Assembly (NCBI GenBank): GCA_026415505.1
Contig: JAOAGY010000009.1
Location: 71,818 to 135,817 of the forward strand
Reading direction: 5' to 3'
Source: Chlorobiota bacterium
GTDB lineage: Bacteria; Bacteroidota; Ignavibacteria; Kapaibacteriales; NICIL-2
Length of the DNA: 64,000 nt
How positions within the stretch are numbered: position 1 is the first letter of the stretch; each line of letters begins with the position of its first letter. Position numbers and translations under genes: made by a program. This document shows positions 20,704 to 32,097 of the stretch, in pieces. The notes below the pieces were generated by a model, which saw only the letters and a program-made list of their open reading frames with translations, was not told the DNA's origin and did no database searches.

Positions 20704-23700
20704 TCGTCCGCTTACCCTCGCGGTCGTCTTACAGGCAACGATTGTGAGCATGTCGGCGCAATTGTTGTCATCGTTTCCCGACCGCGATCTCGATCGCTCG
20801 CTACAAGCGACATTGCTCGAAAGCTCACGCCAATTTTTCCGAGCGAACGCAATGCTCGAGCATTCTCTTCCGTCTCGGATCACATCGGTCTTCGAGGCTG
20901 AACCTCAGCTCCGAGCAGCCCGATTGGACATCGAACAAGGGCGATACGATCTCGTGCACGGTCGGCTTCGATTGTATCGGGAGCGCGTTCCTCGTCTGCC
21001 CTTCCGCGCTGAAGCGTACTATCTCGATGGCATTGCATACTTTCAACAGCGACGTTACGAGCAAGCAGCCGATCTCTTCGATTCTGCTGCAGCAATCGCC
21101 GCGTTTCGCTATCAACGAACCAGCGACTCCAGCGATGTCGAACTGCAGCGGCGCTCGCTTTATTGGTCCGCAATCGCATCGGTGCACCATTCAGCCTTCG
21201 AACGCGCCGAACGAACGTTTCGCGACTTGCTCGACCTGCATTCGTCGTACGATGACGATGCATACGTCGGATTGGCTTCGATTGCTGAGTTCAGAGGCGA
21301 TTTTCGGCAAGCGCTGACGTACTACGATAGCGTTCTCGTCGTCGCCCCGGCGGGGGAGCTGGTCGCAGTCGCACATCTCCGCGCAGCGCAGCAATTGATA
21401 CTCCTTCGCCAGCCACGTCGAGCACTGCAGCGACTGTCAGCCGCCGAGCAAACGATCGCCGCCGCGACAGGACAGCAGCTTCCACCCCATGCACGCGCAG
21501 TGCTTGAACTTCTCACTGCCGAAGCACTGCTTCAAGTGGGGCAATACCAACAAGCGATCGAACGGTATCGGGCAGTAATTGCGCAGCACGATGCGTCACC
21601 GCTTCTGCGCTGGCAAGCTTACCTGGGTATCGGATGGGCAGAATTGAATCAGAAACACGAGTCCGAAGCGATCGCCGCATACCGAGTCGTCATAGACTCC
21701 GTCAACGACCTGCTTTCCCTTCAACGAGCGCAGGCACAGCTCTTTACCGCGGTTGCAATTGCACGCAGCGGCGATGTACTCACAGCAATCGAACGATTCG
21801 ACGCACTCATCACCGACGAGCAATACCCTCTGCGTTCTCAAGCGATGATCGAACGCGGACAAATCGAGTACGAACGGGGACAGTTTACAACTGCGGCTGC
21901 GCTCTTCGAACGCGCATATCGAAGCGCGAACAATCCAGCGACGATGATCCGCGCGTTAGCGCTGCGCGCCCGAACCGAGTTCGATATGCAGCATTGGTCG
22001 GCTGCGGTGCGCCTTTGGAACGACCTCGCCTCACTGGCTCATCGGATAGACTCGACGACCGTTCCCAATGTTGGCTTGCTCATCGCCGACGCACTGTTGT
22101 TTCGCGGTATTGCCACTTGCAACGAGTCCCGCTATGCCGAAGCGATTGCAGATTTGGGTCAATTCGTCGCTCGATATCGCAGCCATCCTCGCCGCGATGA
22201 AGGATTGCTCTGGCTGGCTGAATCCTACGAACGAGCCAACATGGTCGAAAACGCAGCCGATGCTCTACAGCAATTGCTCGATGCGTATCCCAATTCGCGC
22301 TATCGCGAGGAGGCACTCTACAATCTCGGTTGGGCACAGTTCCGTTTGCGACGGTTCGCGGATGCGACAGTAATATTCGACCGTCTCTTGAGCGAATTTC
22401 CTCGTAGTCGCTATGCGATGGATGTCACACTTCGTAAAGCCGACATCGCATACCTGTCGAAAAAATACGCCGATGCCGCGCGATTGTACCGACAGGTTGC
22501 CAAAGCGACGCCGACAAGCGATGACGGCGAATACGCAAGTTTCCAGATCGGACAATCCCTTTACCGTCTGGGTGACTACAACAACGCGGCAGAACAATTC
22601 CGCAGCTTCGTACGAACATTTCCCGAATCGGCGATCGCCGACGACGCGCTCTACAATATCGCGTGGATACGCATGCTCCAAGGACGATGGTCCGATGCCA
22701 CGACGATGCTGGAGACGTTGCTGCGTTCGTACAGCCAAAGCGAACTTGCCCCCTATGCACGTTTCTACATCGCGCAGTGTGCCTACAACAGCGGTCAGTA
22801 CGTCCGCGCCATAGACTTGTATCGGCAGTTTTTGGCTGACTATCCTTCCAGCTCGCTCGCGGGACAAGCGATCGAAGCGATCCAAGATGCATACATCAAT
22901 CTCGGACAAGATTCGCTCGCCATCGAAGTCGCTCGCGAATTTGTCGAGAAAAATCCTGCATCGGAACAAAGCGCACAGGTGCTGTTGCGCACGACCGATA
23001 TCTTCGTTCGCGACCGCAACTACGAAGCAGCCATACGGGAATACGAACGATTTCTCGAACAATACCCCGACAGTCGGCATGTGCCCGAAGCGCTCTACGG
23101 GTTGCTCAAGAGCGCACTGGCTATCGGGCATCAGGAACAGGCTGAACGAGTGCTGACTCGTCTGGAGCAACAATATCCGAATAGCGAATTCACCGAGCTT
23201 GCCTTGCTCGATGTCGCTTCGGCACTGGCTGATCGTGCCTTCACCCAACGCGCCGATTCGCTATTTGCCATCATCATGAATCGTTATCCCGGCGGACAAA
23301 GTTTTGCAAAAGCTGCATTCGAGCGCGGACGATTGGCACTTGCGCGAGGAGATACAGCAACGGCGATCGCTCTCTTGCGGAGTGCATCTGCCGCACAAGG
23401 CGAATACGCCTACCAAGCACGCTACCGTCTCGGCATGTGGTATCGCGATCGCGCCCAAAACGACAGTGCGCGTGCGATGTTCCGGGCAATCATTGCCTAC
23501 ACCGACAATCCAACGCTTGCGGCAGAGTCCGCCTACCGAATCGCCGAGCTATGGCAACGCGAGGGCAACTGTGCCGCCGCAGCCGATACGTTTGCGCTCG
23601 TACTCGACCGATTCGAAGGAATCGAAGATTGGTATTCACTGTCGTTACTGGGTCTGGCTGAATGCTCCGAGGTTCTCGGCAACATCGACAAAGCACGCCA

Positions 23701-23791
23701 GCTCTACCAGACACTGATGATTCTGCGACCGGACGATGATTACGGTCGCACTGCCGCTGCACGACGACGACGATTGGAGAAGCGCCGATGA
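20696..23791 (+). CDS. Large exported TPR protein (BamD/CpoB-like repeats)
   Basis: Signal-like N-terminus; many repeats ending in YP.S/FP.S..ALY; overlaps the ftsW stop. Confidence 0.85.
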   Translation: MRNRPLTLAVVLQATIVSMSAQLLSSFPDRDLDRSLQATLLESSRQFFRANAMLEHSLPSRITSVFEAEPQLRAARLDIEQGRYDLVHGRLRLYRERVPRLPFRAEAYYLDGIAYFQQRRYEQAADLFDSAAAIAAFRYQRTSDSSDVELQRRSLYWSAIASVHHSAFERAERTFRDLLDLHSSYDDDAYVGLASIAEFRGDFRQALTYYDSVLVVAPAGELVAVAHLRAAQQLILLRQPRRALQRLSAAEQTIAAATGQQLPPHARAVLELLTAEALLQVGQYQQAIERYRAVIAQHDASPLLRWQAYLGIGWAELNQKHESEAIAAYRVVIDSVNDLLSLQRAQAQLFTAVAIARSGDVLTAIERFDALITDEQYPLRSQAMIERGQIEYERGQFTTAAALFERAYRSANNPATMIRALALRARTEFDMQHWSAAVRLWNDLASLAHRIDSTTVPNVGLLIADALLFRGIATCNESRYAEAIADLGQFVARYRSHPRRDEGLLWLAESYERANMVENAADALQQLLDAYPNSRYREEALYNLGWAQFRLRRFADATVIFDRLLSEFPRSRYAMDVTLRKADIAYLSKKYADAARLYRQVAKATPTSDDGEYASFQIGQSLYRLGDYNNAAEQFRSFVRTFPESAIADDALYNIAWIRMLQGRWSDATTMLETLLRSYSQSELAPYARFYIAQCAYNSGQYVRAIDLYRQFLADYPSSSLAGQAIEAIQDAYINLGQDSLAIEVAREFVEKNPASEQSAQVLLRTTDIFVRDRNYEAAIREYERFLEQYPDSRHVPEALYGLLKSALAIGHQEQAERVLTRLEQQYPNSEFTELALLDVASALADRAFTQRADSLFAIIMNRYPGGQSFAKAAFERGRLALARGDTATAIALLRSASAAQGEYAYQARYRLGMWYRDRAQNDSARAMFRAIIAYTDNPTLAAESAYRIAELWQREGNCAAAADTFALVLDRFEGIEDWYSLSLLGLAECSEVLGNIDKARQLYQTLMILRPDDDYGRTAAARRRRLEKRR

Positions 23792-25380
23792 ACTACCGCA
23801 TACCAATCCGGCTGCTTGTGCCGTTGATAACGATCGCAGCTCTTGCGCAGCAGCAGCGCGACGGCGAACCGATCGACTTCATGACAATTGTCATCGAGGG
23901 CAAAGAATCGCTGCACCTTCCCAAAAGCCTCGTCAAACAGCCGCCGCAGTTACCGCCTCCCTATCACCGCAGCGAACTCGACAGTATCAACCCGCTGGAG
24001 AAAGTACCGCTCTTCCGAAGCGAACCGCTCGAATATCCGCGTCAGATCGTCGCCAGAGATAGCACTGTCGCGGCACTGACCGCTTCTGCGGGACTGTACG
24101 GCTTTGCGACGTTGTCGGGGCAGTATGCAACACATCTCGATCGCTATACATTCGACCTCGACGGATTGCTCGATCGCGGCGGTGCGTATCTACCGAATGC
24201 CGACTATTTCCGCACTCGTTTCCGCATCGTCGCCCGCACAGTACACGATGCACTGCAAACTGTCCAACCTACGAGCGGTAGCGGTGCCCTCGATGTCGAG
24301 ACACGAACCTACAGTCTGTTTGCTCTCCCAATGGCGCCGGAGCGAAGTAGCCGAACGATTCGTTTCAATCTAACGCAGAACGCAGCGATCGGCACTGCAC
24401 CGATGGAGGCAGCACTCAATATCGGCACGACGCGTTTGCAGTACAGCGACTCCGGGCGCACCGACGAAAGCGAACTCGGCGGACGTTTCACCCTCGATCC
24501 ATTGCGTATCGGTAGTGTCCAATTAGGTTTTTCTGCCGATGCGAGTTTCCGTAATTACCGAGCGACACCGATTCACTTCCATACGCTTGCTGCTCGGGGT
24601 ATCTACGGCGACTCAGCCCTTTCACTGACAGCACAGCTCGGCGGTCAGCTCGCGACAACCTCCCGACGTACGACGGAATTTGCACCCTTGCTCCATTTCC
24701 GCACCGAATGGCGTACCACCGATGCAATGACGCTCGATGCCGAGCTCACAAGCGGCATGGAGCCGGTCCGCTTCGGCGATATGCTTTCGGCGTGTCCCTA
24801 CATCACCGATACCGCTGCAATCGCAGTGCGTACAATCGGCTACCGCATTGCGACAAATGCAACATACACTCCGACGACGCGTCTCCGAATAACGCTTGGA
24901 TTGGGCATCGCATCGCTTACAAGTGCGCCGTACTGGGAGTCGCTAATCGCATCGGCTACGTTTGCCCCAATCTACCGAGCCCAGTCAGAGCGTAACGTCC
25001 ACATCCGCGGGTGGTACCAGTACACACCGTTCGACATTTTCACTGCCGAAATCACCTACAATGACGTACGACTCGACAACGGACGCCGCGCACCATACCA
25101 ACCGCTTCTGCGAGCCTCCATCGAGTACGGTCGGATACTGACCGAACGGTTCACTGTGAGCGCACGAATTGGTTACGTCTCGTCTCGGAGAACCTCCGCA
25201 TTGACCGATGAAGAGATACCTGCCTATCTTGCAATCGCTGGTCGCGCGGAGTATCGGTTGAACGACGTAATTGGATTGACCGCAACAGTGGACAATCTTG
25301 CCAGCAGCACGATCGAACTTTGGCGCGGCTACCGTGAGCGTGGTAGTTTTGTCTCCATCGGTGCCGTCGTACGATTCTAA
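23788..25380 (+). CDS. Outer-membrane beta-barrel protein (TonB-dependent-receptor-like C-terminus)
   Basis: Signal peptide, amphipathic strands, VDNL motif and terminal Phe (FVSIGAVVRF). Confidence 0.75.
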   Translation: MNYRIPIRLLVPLITIAALAQQQRDGEPIDFMTIVIEGKESLHLPKSLVKQPPQLPPPYHRSELDSINPLEKVPLFRSEPLEYPRQIVARDSTVAALTASAGLYGFATLSGQYATHLDRYTFDLDGLLDRGGAYLPNADYFRTRFRIVARTVHDALQTVQPTSGSGALDVETRTYSLFALPMAPERSSRTIRFNLTQNAAIGTAPMEAALNIGTTRLQYSDSGRTDESELGGRFTLDPLRIGSVQLGFSADASFRNYRATPIHFHTLAARGIYGDSALSLTAQLGGQLATTSRRTTEFAPLLHFRTEWRTTDAMTLDAELTSGMEPVRFGDMLSACPYITDTAAIAVRTIGYRIATNATYTPTTRLRITLGLGIASLTSAPYWESLIASATFAPIYRAQSERNVHIRGWYQYTPFDIFTAEITYNDVRLDNGRRAPYQPLLRASIEYGRILTERFTVSARIGYVSSRRTSALTDEEIPAYLAIAGRAEYRLNDVIGLTATVDNLASSTIELWRGYRERGSFVSIGAVVRF

Positions 25381-25396
25381 CTTCGATTTGCCGGCG

Positions 25397-26497
25397 ATGC
25401 ACGAAGGCATACTCGACGCACTCGAATCTCTCTCTGCAGACTATGCCGCTCCGAGCCGTGAGGAGGAGCATTTCCAGCTCGACCGACTCGACCGCTATCC
25501 TGGTCGCTTACCTTTTTCGCCGACTGTCGAGGCAGTAACGTCCGAATCACCAGGCGAGGCACTGCGAATCTCCTCCGCTTTAGCATCCGTACTTGCCGAG
25601 GACATCGAACGGGGGAAATCAGCTCGCGGCGTTGTTACCGACGACCCTCTCGACCGGCTCGCTCAACAGTTGGATGAAGTACACCCTCTCATCGAGGCTG
25701 AGCCAATCGCAAGCGAGCCGACAATCGAGAGCTCACCGATCGAGGATTTGCCGATAGAAGACGAGACGACACCACAACAACCTCAGCCAGCAACCACCGA
25801 GCCTCAGACGCCGAAATCGTCGCGCAGGCGCGGCCGGTACGCCCTGTTGATCGGCATCCTCGTCATCGCCACAGCGAGCATCATCGTCATTGCTCCACGC
25901 ATCGCATCACATCGAACACCGGTACAGCAACCGACAGCGACAACAACTGAGCTGATGACAACTCGAACGCCGAGTAAGCTCTCGGCTACTGCCAGTGTGG
26001 ATACACCCACATCCCGCGACACCACATCGCACACGGATGTTACGCAGAAAGCAATACCGCTCGATTCACACCGCACATCACCTGCTACAGAGCATAGCGA
26101 TCGCGCTGCTCAATCACACTCATTGGATCGCTCGCCGCTTCCGACGATCGTCAAGAACCGGACCGCAACGCGCCGAAATCAGATCGCAGATGTATCGGCT
26201 GAAAGCAACACCGAATCGGTAACGATCGTGAAGCCTCCAAGTCTGGAGTACCCTGTAGGCAAGGCACTTTTTACTCTGCAAGTCTGTTCGACGCCATCGT
26301 ATAGCGAAGCGACACGGTGGAAGCAACTGTTACAGCAGAATGGAAAGTTCGACGTAACGATCGTCGAGCGACGAATCCGTGATGGCATCTATTATCGCGT
26401 TCGAGCAGGGTTGTTTCGTTCGGAAGCGGAAGCTCGGCGCGCCGCCGTTGAACTCGGTTTGAATCCTGCGGCAGTGTGGATTGTGCGCATCGAGTAG
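25397..26497 (+). CDS. SPOR-domain membrane protein
   Basis: Acidic cytoplasmic N-terminus, one TM helix, low-complexity linker, FTLQV..YYRVRAGLF..EA SPOR domain. Confidence 0.85.
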   Translation: MHEGILDALESLSADYAAPSREEEHFQLDRLDRYPGRLPFSPTVEAVTSESPGEALRISSALASVLAEDIERGKSARGVVTDDPLDRLAQQLDEVHPLIEAEPIASEPTIESSPIEDLPIEDETTPQQPQPATTEPQTPKSSRRRGRYALLIGILVIATASIIVIAPRIASHRTPVQQPTATTTELMTTRTPSKLSATASVDTPTSRDTTSHTDVTQKAIPLDSHRTSPATEHSDRAAQSHSLDRSPLPTIVKNRTATRRNQIADVSAESNTESVTIVKPPSLEYPVGKALFTLQVCSTPSYSEATRWKQLLQQNGKFDVTIVERRIRDGIYYRVRAGLFRSEAEARRAAVELGLNPAAVWIVRIE

Positions 26498-26538
26498 CGA
26501 GCAATTTTCCATTGGCACATGCGTACATATACCTCGAC

Positions 26539-27333
26539 ATGAAACGCTCGATCGAACAATACCCATCGCTGGAATTACGAGTGCGAATTCCATGGGATAG
26601 CAACACTGCGATAGGATTCGCAGCGTCGCTGGTATTGTTGGGATTGCTCGCGTTGTTGGTATGGTTTATTCCGACACCTTCGCAGAAGCCCTCGACACTT
26701 CCATACGAAGTACTGGCGACCATCACATTCGGTGATGGCGACGGCACGGGAAGAAGCAAAGGGAATCTCTCGCCGGAAGGACTCGCATATCGCTCACACC
26801 GCACAGCTCAGCAATTGGCTGATGCAGCGAACGCATCCCGGCGCCGAGCACGCACGTCGAAAAAAATACGAGCAGTACAAGATGGCGGAAAATTCGTCTC
26901 GATTTCGCAGCGTGAGGTGCAACGACCATCGAGGCGAGACACTGCAGACGCACGAGAGAAATCCAGCGGTACTGCCGAGCGCTCCATCGGCGATCGCGAC
27001 GGCAGCCCAGAAGGAAGCGGACGCGGAACGAAAGGTTCCGGTGCTGGTAGCGGACTCGGTTTCGGTGACATCGAATGGGGTGGCGGCGGTAGCGCTATCG
27101 TCGTCCGAAAGGTTATACCCTCAGCGCCGGAAAATCTCTCTCGATCGACAATAGTCAAGCTGCGTTTTACAGTTTCGCCCGGAGGCGATGTCATAGATAT
27201 CCGCCCCCTTGTGCGAGGCATTCCGGAAGCAGAAGCCGCAGCGATCCGCGCATTACGACAGTGGCGCTTCAGACCGCTGGCGAGTGACACCCCCGTCGTC
27301 GGTATCATCACCTTCCGTTTCGACGTCAACTGA
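26539..27333 (+). CDS. TonB/TolA-like energy transducer
   Basis: N-terminal TM, Gly-rich linker, C-terminal VKLRFTVSPGGDV..AAIRALRQWRFRP..GIITFRF. Confidence 0.8.
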   Translation: MKRSIEQYPSLELRVRIPWDSNTAIGFAASLVLLGLLALLVWFIPTPSQKPSTLPYEVLATITFGDGDGTGRSKGNLSPEGLAYRSHRTAQQLADAANASRRRARTSKKIRAVQDGGKFVSISQREVQRPSRRDTADAREKSSGTAERSIGDRDGSPEGSGRGTKGSGAGSGLGFGDIEWGGGGSAIVVRKVIPSAPENLSRSTIVKLRFTVSPGGDVIDIRPLVRGIPEAEAAAIRALRQWRFRPLASDTPVVGIITFRFDVN

Positions 27334-28790
27334 TGCCTGCGGAGCAATCTGCCGCGAAACTCTACGCCCGCGCCAGCGGTGCTGTTCTCCTCGGTCAACT
27401 TGCGTACTACGCGGTGTACTTGTGGGGAATGCGCCTGATACTGAGTACCCTACCGAAGGGCGAGAATGGATTGCTCACGTACGTCCAACAGTGGACAAGC
27501 GCAGTGCTCTCGATCGCGATGCTGAACGGATACAACACACTCATCATCAAACGCCTTCGGAGCGAGTCGAATGCGATCGAATTGTTCTCGACCGTCGTCA
27601 CGCTCCGTGCGTTGATAGGTGCAGCGGTGTCGTTGGTTTTGGCAGTGACCCTTTCTTTTGTCGGCGAAGTTCCGTACACCACCACCCTGGTCGCTTCTCT
27701 TGCTACACTCGTTCTCAGCCGCGGGATGGCTCTTCGCTCGACATTCGAGCTGCCCTTCCACGCACGCATGCGCTTCGAGCTTCCAGCCGCACTCAATATC
27801 CTCGACATTGTGTTGATCGTAACGCTTCTGTGGTGGTACCGTAGCGGACTCGACGCCGCCACTGTCTTGGCGATACAAGCGATTGGGGCATTGCCCGGTT
27901 TTGTCGCTTTGATCGCCCTGACTTGGAAAGACGGTGTATTCCGCGTCCGACTCAGTAAGCAAGCTCTCGGCACACTTCTCGGCAATACTGGGTGGCTCGG
28001 TACAACCGCGATCTTCATTTATGCCCATATGCTGTTGGATGTGACATTGCTCGACCTGGTCGGTAATCGCACAATGGTCGGTATCTTCGGTGCAGCAAGC
28101 TCTGCGTCACTGCCGATGAGCATATTGCAGGGCATCGTCTGGTCGCCGCTCATACCACTGTTGAGCCAGAGATTGCTGGCTGCACATAGAGAAGCTCATG
28201 CCGATATGGAGCGCGTCTTTCGATTGGCAACCGTGGCGATCGTGCTCGCAGGCTGCATCATGGCTGCTGCTATGCCCTTCATCATCGGATTGCTTACCAA
28301 CGGTGCGTATGCCGATCACACACTGGAATTTTTGCTCCAGCTATGGGCACTCAGCTTCAGCGCTATCGTCTTCGGTGTTCAGCATTATGCATCGCTTGTG
28401 GAGCGATACCGTATCGCCGCCATCACGTCGGCACTGTTGGTGGTCGGTTCGGTAGTCTTCGATTGGTGGCTAATCGGTACGTTGGGAACACAGGGAATTT
28501 TCGTGGCGAAGGTTCTCTCTCACGTGCTGGCGATAACGTGTGCAGCAGTGATGTTTCGGCGCGATGGCTACGAGCGCATCACGATCGCACTCGCCAGATC
28601 GGGAATCTGGATCGGCGTCACCGGTCCACTGATCGGTCTTGCTTCGATACACCTCGATAACGTGATGGCTCGGCTTATCGCGATGGTTGGAATTGCTGTC
28701 ATGGCAGCAGTCGCTACCGGCGCAATTCGGACAGACGACCGCAGATTCATAGCGCGTTTTATTCGGAGCTACCGTACCGCTCGAGCGTGA
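27333..28790 (+). CDS. Oligosaccharide flippase (Wzx-like)
   Basis: About 14 hydrophobic segments, LD..LL..VGIF motif and LIPLLS. Confidence 0.75.
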   Translation: MPAEQSAAKLYARASGAVLLGQLAYYAVYLWGMRLILSTLPKGENGLLTYVQQWTSAVLSIAMLNGYNTLIIKRLRSESNAIELFSTVVTLRALIGAAVSLVLAVTLSFVGEVPYTTTLVASLATLVLSRGMALRSTFELPFHARMRFELPAALNILDIVLIVTLLWWYRSGLDAATVLAIQAIGALPGFVALIALTWKDGVFRVRLSKQALGTLLGNTGWLGTTAIFIYAHMLLDVTLLDLVGNRTMVGIFGAASSASLPMSILQGIVWSPLIPLLSQRLLAAHREAHADMERVFRLATVAIVLAGCIMAAAMPFIIGLLTNGAYADHTLEFLLQLWALSFSAIVFGVQHYASLVERYRIAAITSALLVVGSVVFDWWLIGTLGTQGIFVAKVLSHVLAITCAAVMFRRDGYERITIALARSGIWIGVTGPLIGLASIHLDNVMARLIAMVGIAVMAAVATGAIRTDDRRFIARFIRSYRTARA

Positions 28791-29511
28791 AGTGCTGACC
28801 CAAGTAGAGCCGCCGTACATCGGGATTGTCTGCGATCTCTTCCGGCGTGCCGGCACAAAAGACTCGCCCCTCGATAAGGATGTACGCTCTGTCGGTAATG
28901 GAGAGCGTTTCGTGGACATTGTGATCGGTAATGAGCACACCGATGTTACGTTCCTTGAGCCGCCGCACCATTGTCATGATGTCCTCGACCGCAATCGGAT
29001 CGATTCCGGCGAACGGTTCGTCCAGCAGAACAAATCGGGGATTGGCAGCCAATGCTCGTGCGATCTCCGTTCGGCGTCGTTCGCCACCGGAGAGCATGTA
29101 GCCTTTGCTTTTGCGGATATGTGCTATGCCGAATTCTTCCAAAAGCTGTTCGAGTCGTTGCCGGCGTTGCTGGCGTGGGATCGGTTGCAATTGCAGCACA
29201 GCAAGAATGTTCTGTTCGACCGTCAACCGCCGAAAAATCGAGGGCTCCTGCGGTAGATACGCAATACCCATTCGGGCGCGCTTGTACATGGGAAAGTAGG
29301 TAATATCTCGTCCATCGAGCAGCACCCTTCCTCCGTCGGGGCGAATCATGCCGACGATCATGTAGAACGAGGTCGTTTTCCCTGCTCCGTTCGGACCGAG
29401 CAACCCCACGCACTCTCCTTGACGAACAGCGTAACTGGCTCCCTGCACAACTGCGCGCTTTTTGTACACTTTCACCAGCTCATGTGCTTCGAGAATGCTT
29501 CGGTGTTCCAT
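28759..29511 (-). CDS. lptB: LPS export ABC transporter ATP-binding protein
   Basis: [45 protein letters not shown]. Confidence 0.96.
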   Translation of the reverse strand: MEHRSILEAHELVKVYKKRAVVQGASYAVRQGECVGLLGPNGAGKTTSFYMIVGMIRPDGGRVLLDGRDITYFPMYKRARMGIAYLPQEPSIFRRLTVEQNILAVLQLQPIPRQQRRQRLEQLLEEFGIAHIRKSKGYMLSGGERRRTEIARALAANPRFVLLDEPFAGIDPIAVEDIMTMVRRLKERNIGVLITDHNVHETLSITDRAYILIEGRVFCAGTPEEIADNPDVRRLYLGQHFTLERYGSSE

Positions 29512-29531
29512 GCCAGCAATCGGAGCGTGCG

Positions 29532-30734
29532 TTATGGACGACGTTCGAGAACGAGCGACTTGGTGACAAGCCGGCCGTCTCGCTCCAGGACGATCTTGAG
29601 AGTTTGCCCTACTGTACCATCGTTGATCGCTACGTCGAGGTCGTCACGTGTATGGATAGGTACTCCGTCAATTTCGACGATAATATCGCCCGGCTCGATA
29701 CCAGCTTTGTCAGCAGGAGAATTTCGTGCAACCTGCGTAACGATCACTCCCTCGTCGCGATCGGTCCGATAGGTGCGTTTGTACTCGTCGGAGAGAAAAT
29801 CCACCGTCAATCCGGTATAAAAATTCCGGTCGAGCTGTTGACCGTTTTTGAGAAGCGTGACGATCCGCTTGACCCGGTTGATCGGAATCGCAAATCCGAT
29901 ACCTATCGAGCCAGCACCTTGGTACGACGTCGCTGTCGAGAAGATGATCGTATTGACGCCGATCACATCGCCGTTTGCATTGACGAGCGGACCCCCGGAA
30001 TTGCCCGAACTGATCGCTGCATCGGTCTGGATCATCCCGCGATAGATCCGCTTCCCGTTCGGAACATCAGGGGATGATTCGACCAAGTTGACACCGACAT
30101 TGCTGACCACACCCAATGTCACTGTCGGCTTTGCGTTGCGATCGAACAAACCGAATGGGTTGCCGAACGCGATCGCCCACTCGCCGACCATGACATCGTC
30201 GGAATTGCCGAGCCGGAGATACGGCAAGTTGTCTCCTTTGATCTTCAGCAGTGCGACGTCGGTAACTGGATCGCTGCCGATGATTTCAGCATCGTACTTT
30301 TTGCCACCGACGGTGGTAACGACAATCTTGGTTGCACGACCGGCAACGTGATCGTTGGTGACGATGTAACCATCAGGAGAAATGATGAACCCCGAACCGA
30401 GAGAACGAAGCTGTTGACGCTGACGGAACTGTGGAATGTCACGAAAGAAGTATCGAAAGAACGGGTCGTTCGCAAAAAAATCGCTGAACGGGCTGCTGAC
30501 AATTTCGCGAACTTCGATCACGTTGATCCCGACTATCGCAGGCGAACAGCGAGCAGCGACCTCGGAAATCACCGTGCGACGTGAGTTGTCAATCGCGGCT
30601 GTTGCCGAAACGGTCGAACGATTCGATGACTCCTCGTAGAGCGGATGTTCCGACGACCGGTGCGCATTACAACTGGTCGCGATACCGATTACCGATAGAA
30701 GAACCAGTCCAACGGTAAACACTGCTTTGTTCAT
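29532..30734 (-). CDS. htrA: HtrA/DegP-family serine protease (lipoprotein, one PDZ domain)
   Basis: Lipobox ATSC; GSGFII, TNDHV, DVALLK, GNSGGPL; PDZ ([12 protein letters not shown]). Confidence 0.9.
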   Translation of the reverse strand: MNKAVFTVGLVLLSVIGIATSCNAHRSSEHPLYEESSNRSTVSATAAIDNSRRTVISEVAARCSPAIVGINVIEVREIVSSPFSDFFANDPFFRYFFRDIPQFRQRQQLRSLGSGFIISPDGYIVTNDHVAGRATKIVVTTVGGKKYDAEIIGSDPVTDVALLKIKGDNLPYLRLGNSDDVMVGEWAIAFGNPFGLFDRNAKPTVTLGVVSNVGVNLVESSPDVPNGKRIYRGMIQTDAAISSGNSGGPLVNANGDVIGVNTIIFSTATSYQGAGSIGIGFAIPINRVKRIVTLLKNGQQLDRNFYTGLTVDFLSDEYKRTYRTDRDEGVIVTQVARNSPADKAGIEPGDIIVEIDGVPIHTRDDLDVAINDGTVGQTLKIVLERDGRLVTKSLVLERRP

Positions 30735-30792
30735 AGCTCTGCATCGGTGATGCAACAGTACGCCTCAAACGAATGCTACCGACGAATTATTG

Positions 30793-31905
30793 TCAGCGAA
30801 AACGCTCCTCGATCCAACGCCCGACGCGAGTTGCAAGGTCGTCCGGAATCCAATGTTCACCGTTGAATTCGAGCAGCGTGTAGGGAATCTCTGCCCGCCG
30901 GTACATGTCGGCGATGAGCCATCCTGTTTGGATCGGCACGATTGGATCGCTTCGACCGTGAACATGGAGTATCTCGATGCCATAACGACGAACGCCATCG
31001 AGCCGATCGGCAATGCCTCCCCAACTGTAGTAGCTCGGTGCAAGCAACACTGCAGCACGAAAACGTTCCGGATAGCGCGACACGAGTACCTGCGCGTAGA
31101 ATCCACCTTGCGAAAAACCGACAACGACGGGAAGCGACGCACGGACGACTGGAAGCGATCGTTCGGCATCGTCGAGCACGCTCATATACCATCGTGCCGA
31201 CAGTTCGACGATCGTCGGATTCATCGTGTCGGGCGCAGCTAAATCCTCACCGGCGGCTGACAATCGCAAGCGTCCTTGGGCGATCGTTTCGGCGACCTTG
31301 ACGTAAGGCGCTTCGGGACAAACGACAATTGCCCGCTTCAAACCGAGTGCTTTCGCCCAGCGGAGCATCATGACCGGCTCGTTGCCGTTGCCGTGGAGCA
31401 ACAGTACGAGATGATAGCGCTGGAGCGAATCGAATTGCGGCGGATACAACACGCGGTAGCGACCGATGCGTTCTTGGCGAGCGAACCGCGCGGGGTACTG
31501 AGATTGCTCACGAGCATTCGCCTCGATCCGTTCAGCGATCGCTCGTCCCCGTCCATTTCTGCAGAGCGGCGCCAGTGTCGAATCGAGTGCGATGGCAGTG
31601 CTGCCGCCGAAGCCGGCTGCTGCTGCGCTCGCCAGCGCGTCGAGCGCAGCCTCGTGTTGATTACGCTGAGCGAGCAATTTGCTCAAGGTTACAAGAGCCG
31701 TTGTGTCTCGCGGATTTGCTGATGTCCACAGCCGTAGATAGACGAGCGCCGAATCGCTGTTTCCCATTTTGAGGAATGCGTCAGCTCGTTCGCGCGCGGT
31801 GCTGGTTGCCACCAGCGTCTGAGGAATGCGCTGGAGCGTTTGCGCACCGAGCGATGCTGCAAAGGCACAAACGAAGAGTGCCCGGAACAGGAGTCGAACC
31901 TGCAC
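30793..31905 (-). CDS. Secreted alpha/beta hydrolase (esterase) with N-terminal TPR; start apparently inside tRNA-Leu
   Basis: LLHGNG, GFSQGG, HGRSDPIVP, GEHW. Signal peptide VQVRLLFRALFVCAFAASLGA-Q begins at GTG 31905. Start uncertain. Confidence 0.75.
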   Translation of the reverse strand: MQVRLLFRALFVCAFAASLGAQTLQRIPQTLVATSTARERADAFLKMGNSDSALVYLRLWTSANPRDTTALVTLSKLLAQRNQHEAALDALASAAAAGFGGSTAIALDSTLAPLCRNGRGRAIAERIEANAREQSQYPARFARQERIGRYRVLYPPQFDSLQRYHLVLLLHGNGNEPVMMLRWAKALGLKRAIVVCPEAPYVKVAETIAQGRLRLSAAGEDLAAPDTMNPTIVELSARWYMSVLDDAERSLPVVRASLPVVVGFSQGGFYAQVLVSRYPERFRAAVLLAPSYYSWGGIADRLDGVRRYGIEILHVHGRSDPIVPIQTGWLIADMYRRAEIPYTLLEFNGEHWIPDDLATRVGRWIEERFR

Positions 31906-31962
31906 GTCCTTACGGACACTACACCCTGAATGTAGCGCGTCTGCCAATTCCGCCATCCGGGC
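31879..31962 (-). tRNA. tRNA-Leu(CAG)
   Basis: GCCCGGA/TCCGGGC acceptor stem, GGAATTGGCAGAC D-arm, CTACA-TTCAGGG-TGTAG anticodon arm, long variable arm, GGTTCGACTCC T-arm. CCA not encoded. Confidence 0.95.
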
Positions 31963-31972
31963 ACGCATCATG

Positions 31973-32062
<90 letters not shown>

Positions 32063-32070
32063 GTGGGATG

Positions 32071-32078
32071 CAAAAATA
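32071..32078 (-). promoter_or_regulatory. -7 box TATTTTTG for the tRNA pair
   Basis: Matches TAnnTTTG about 10 nt upstream of the tRNA-Ser 5' end. Confidence 0.7.
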
Positions 32079-32097
32079 CGAGGGACAAGAGAGCTTT

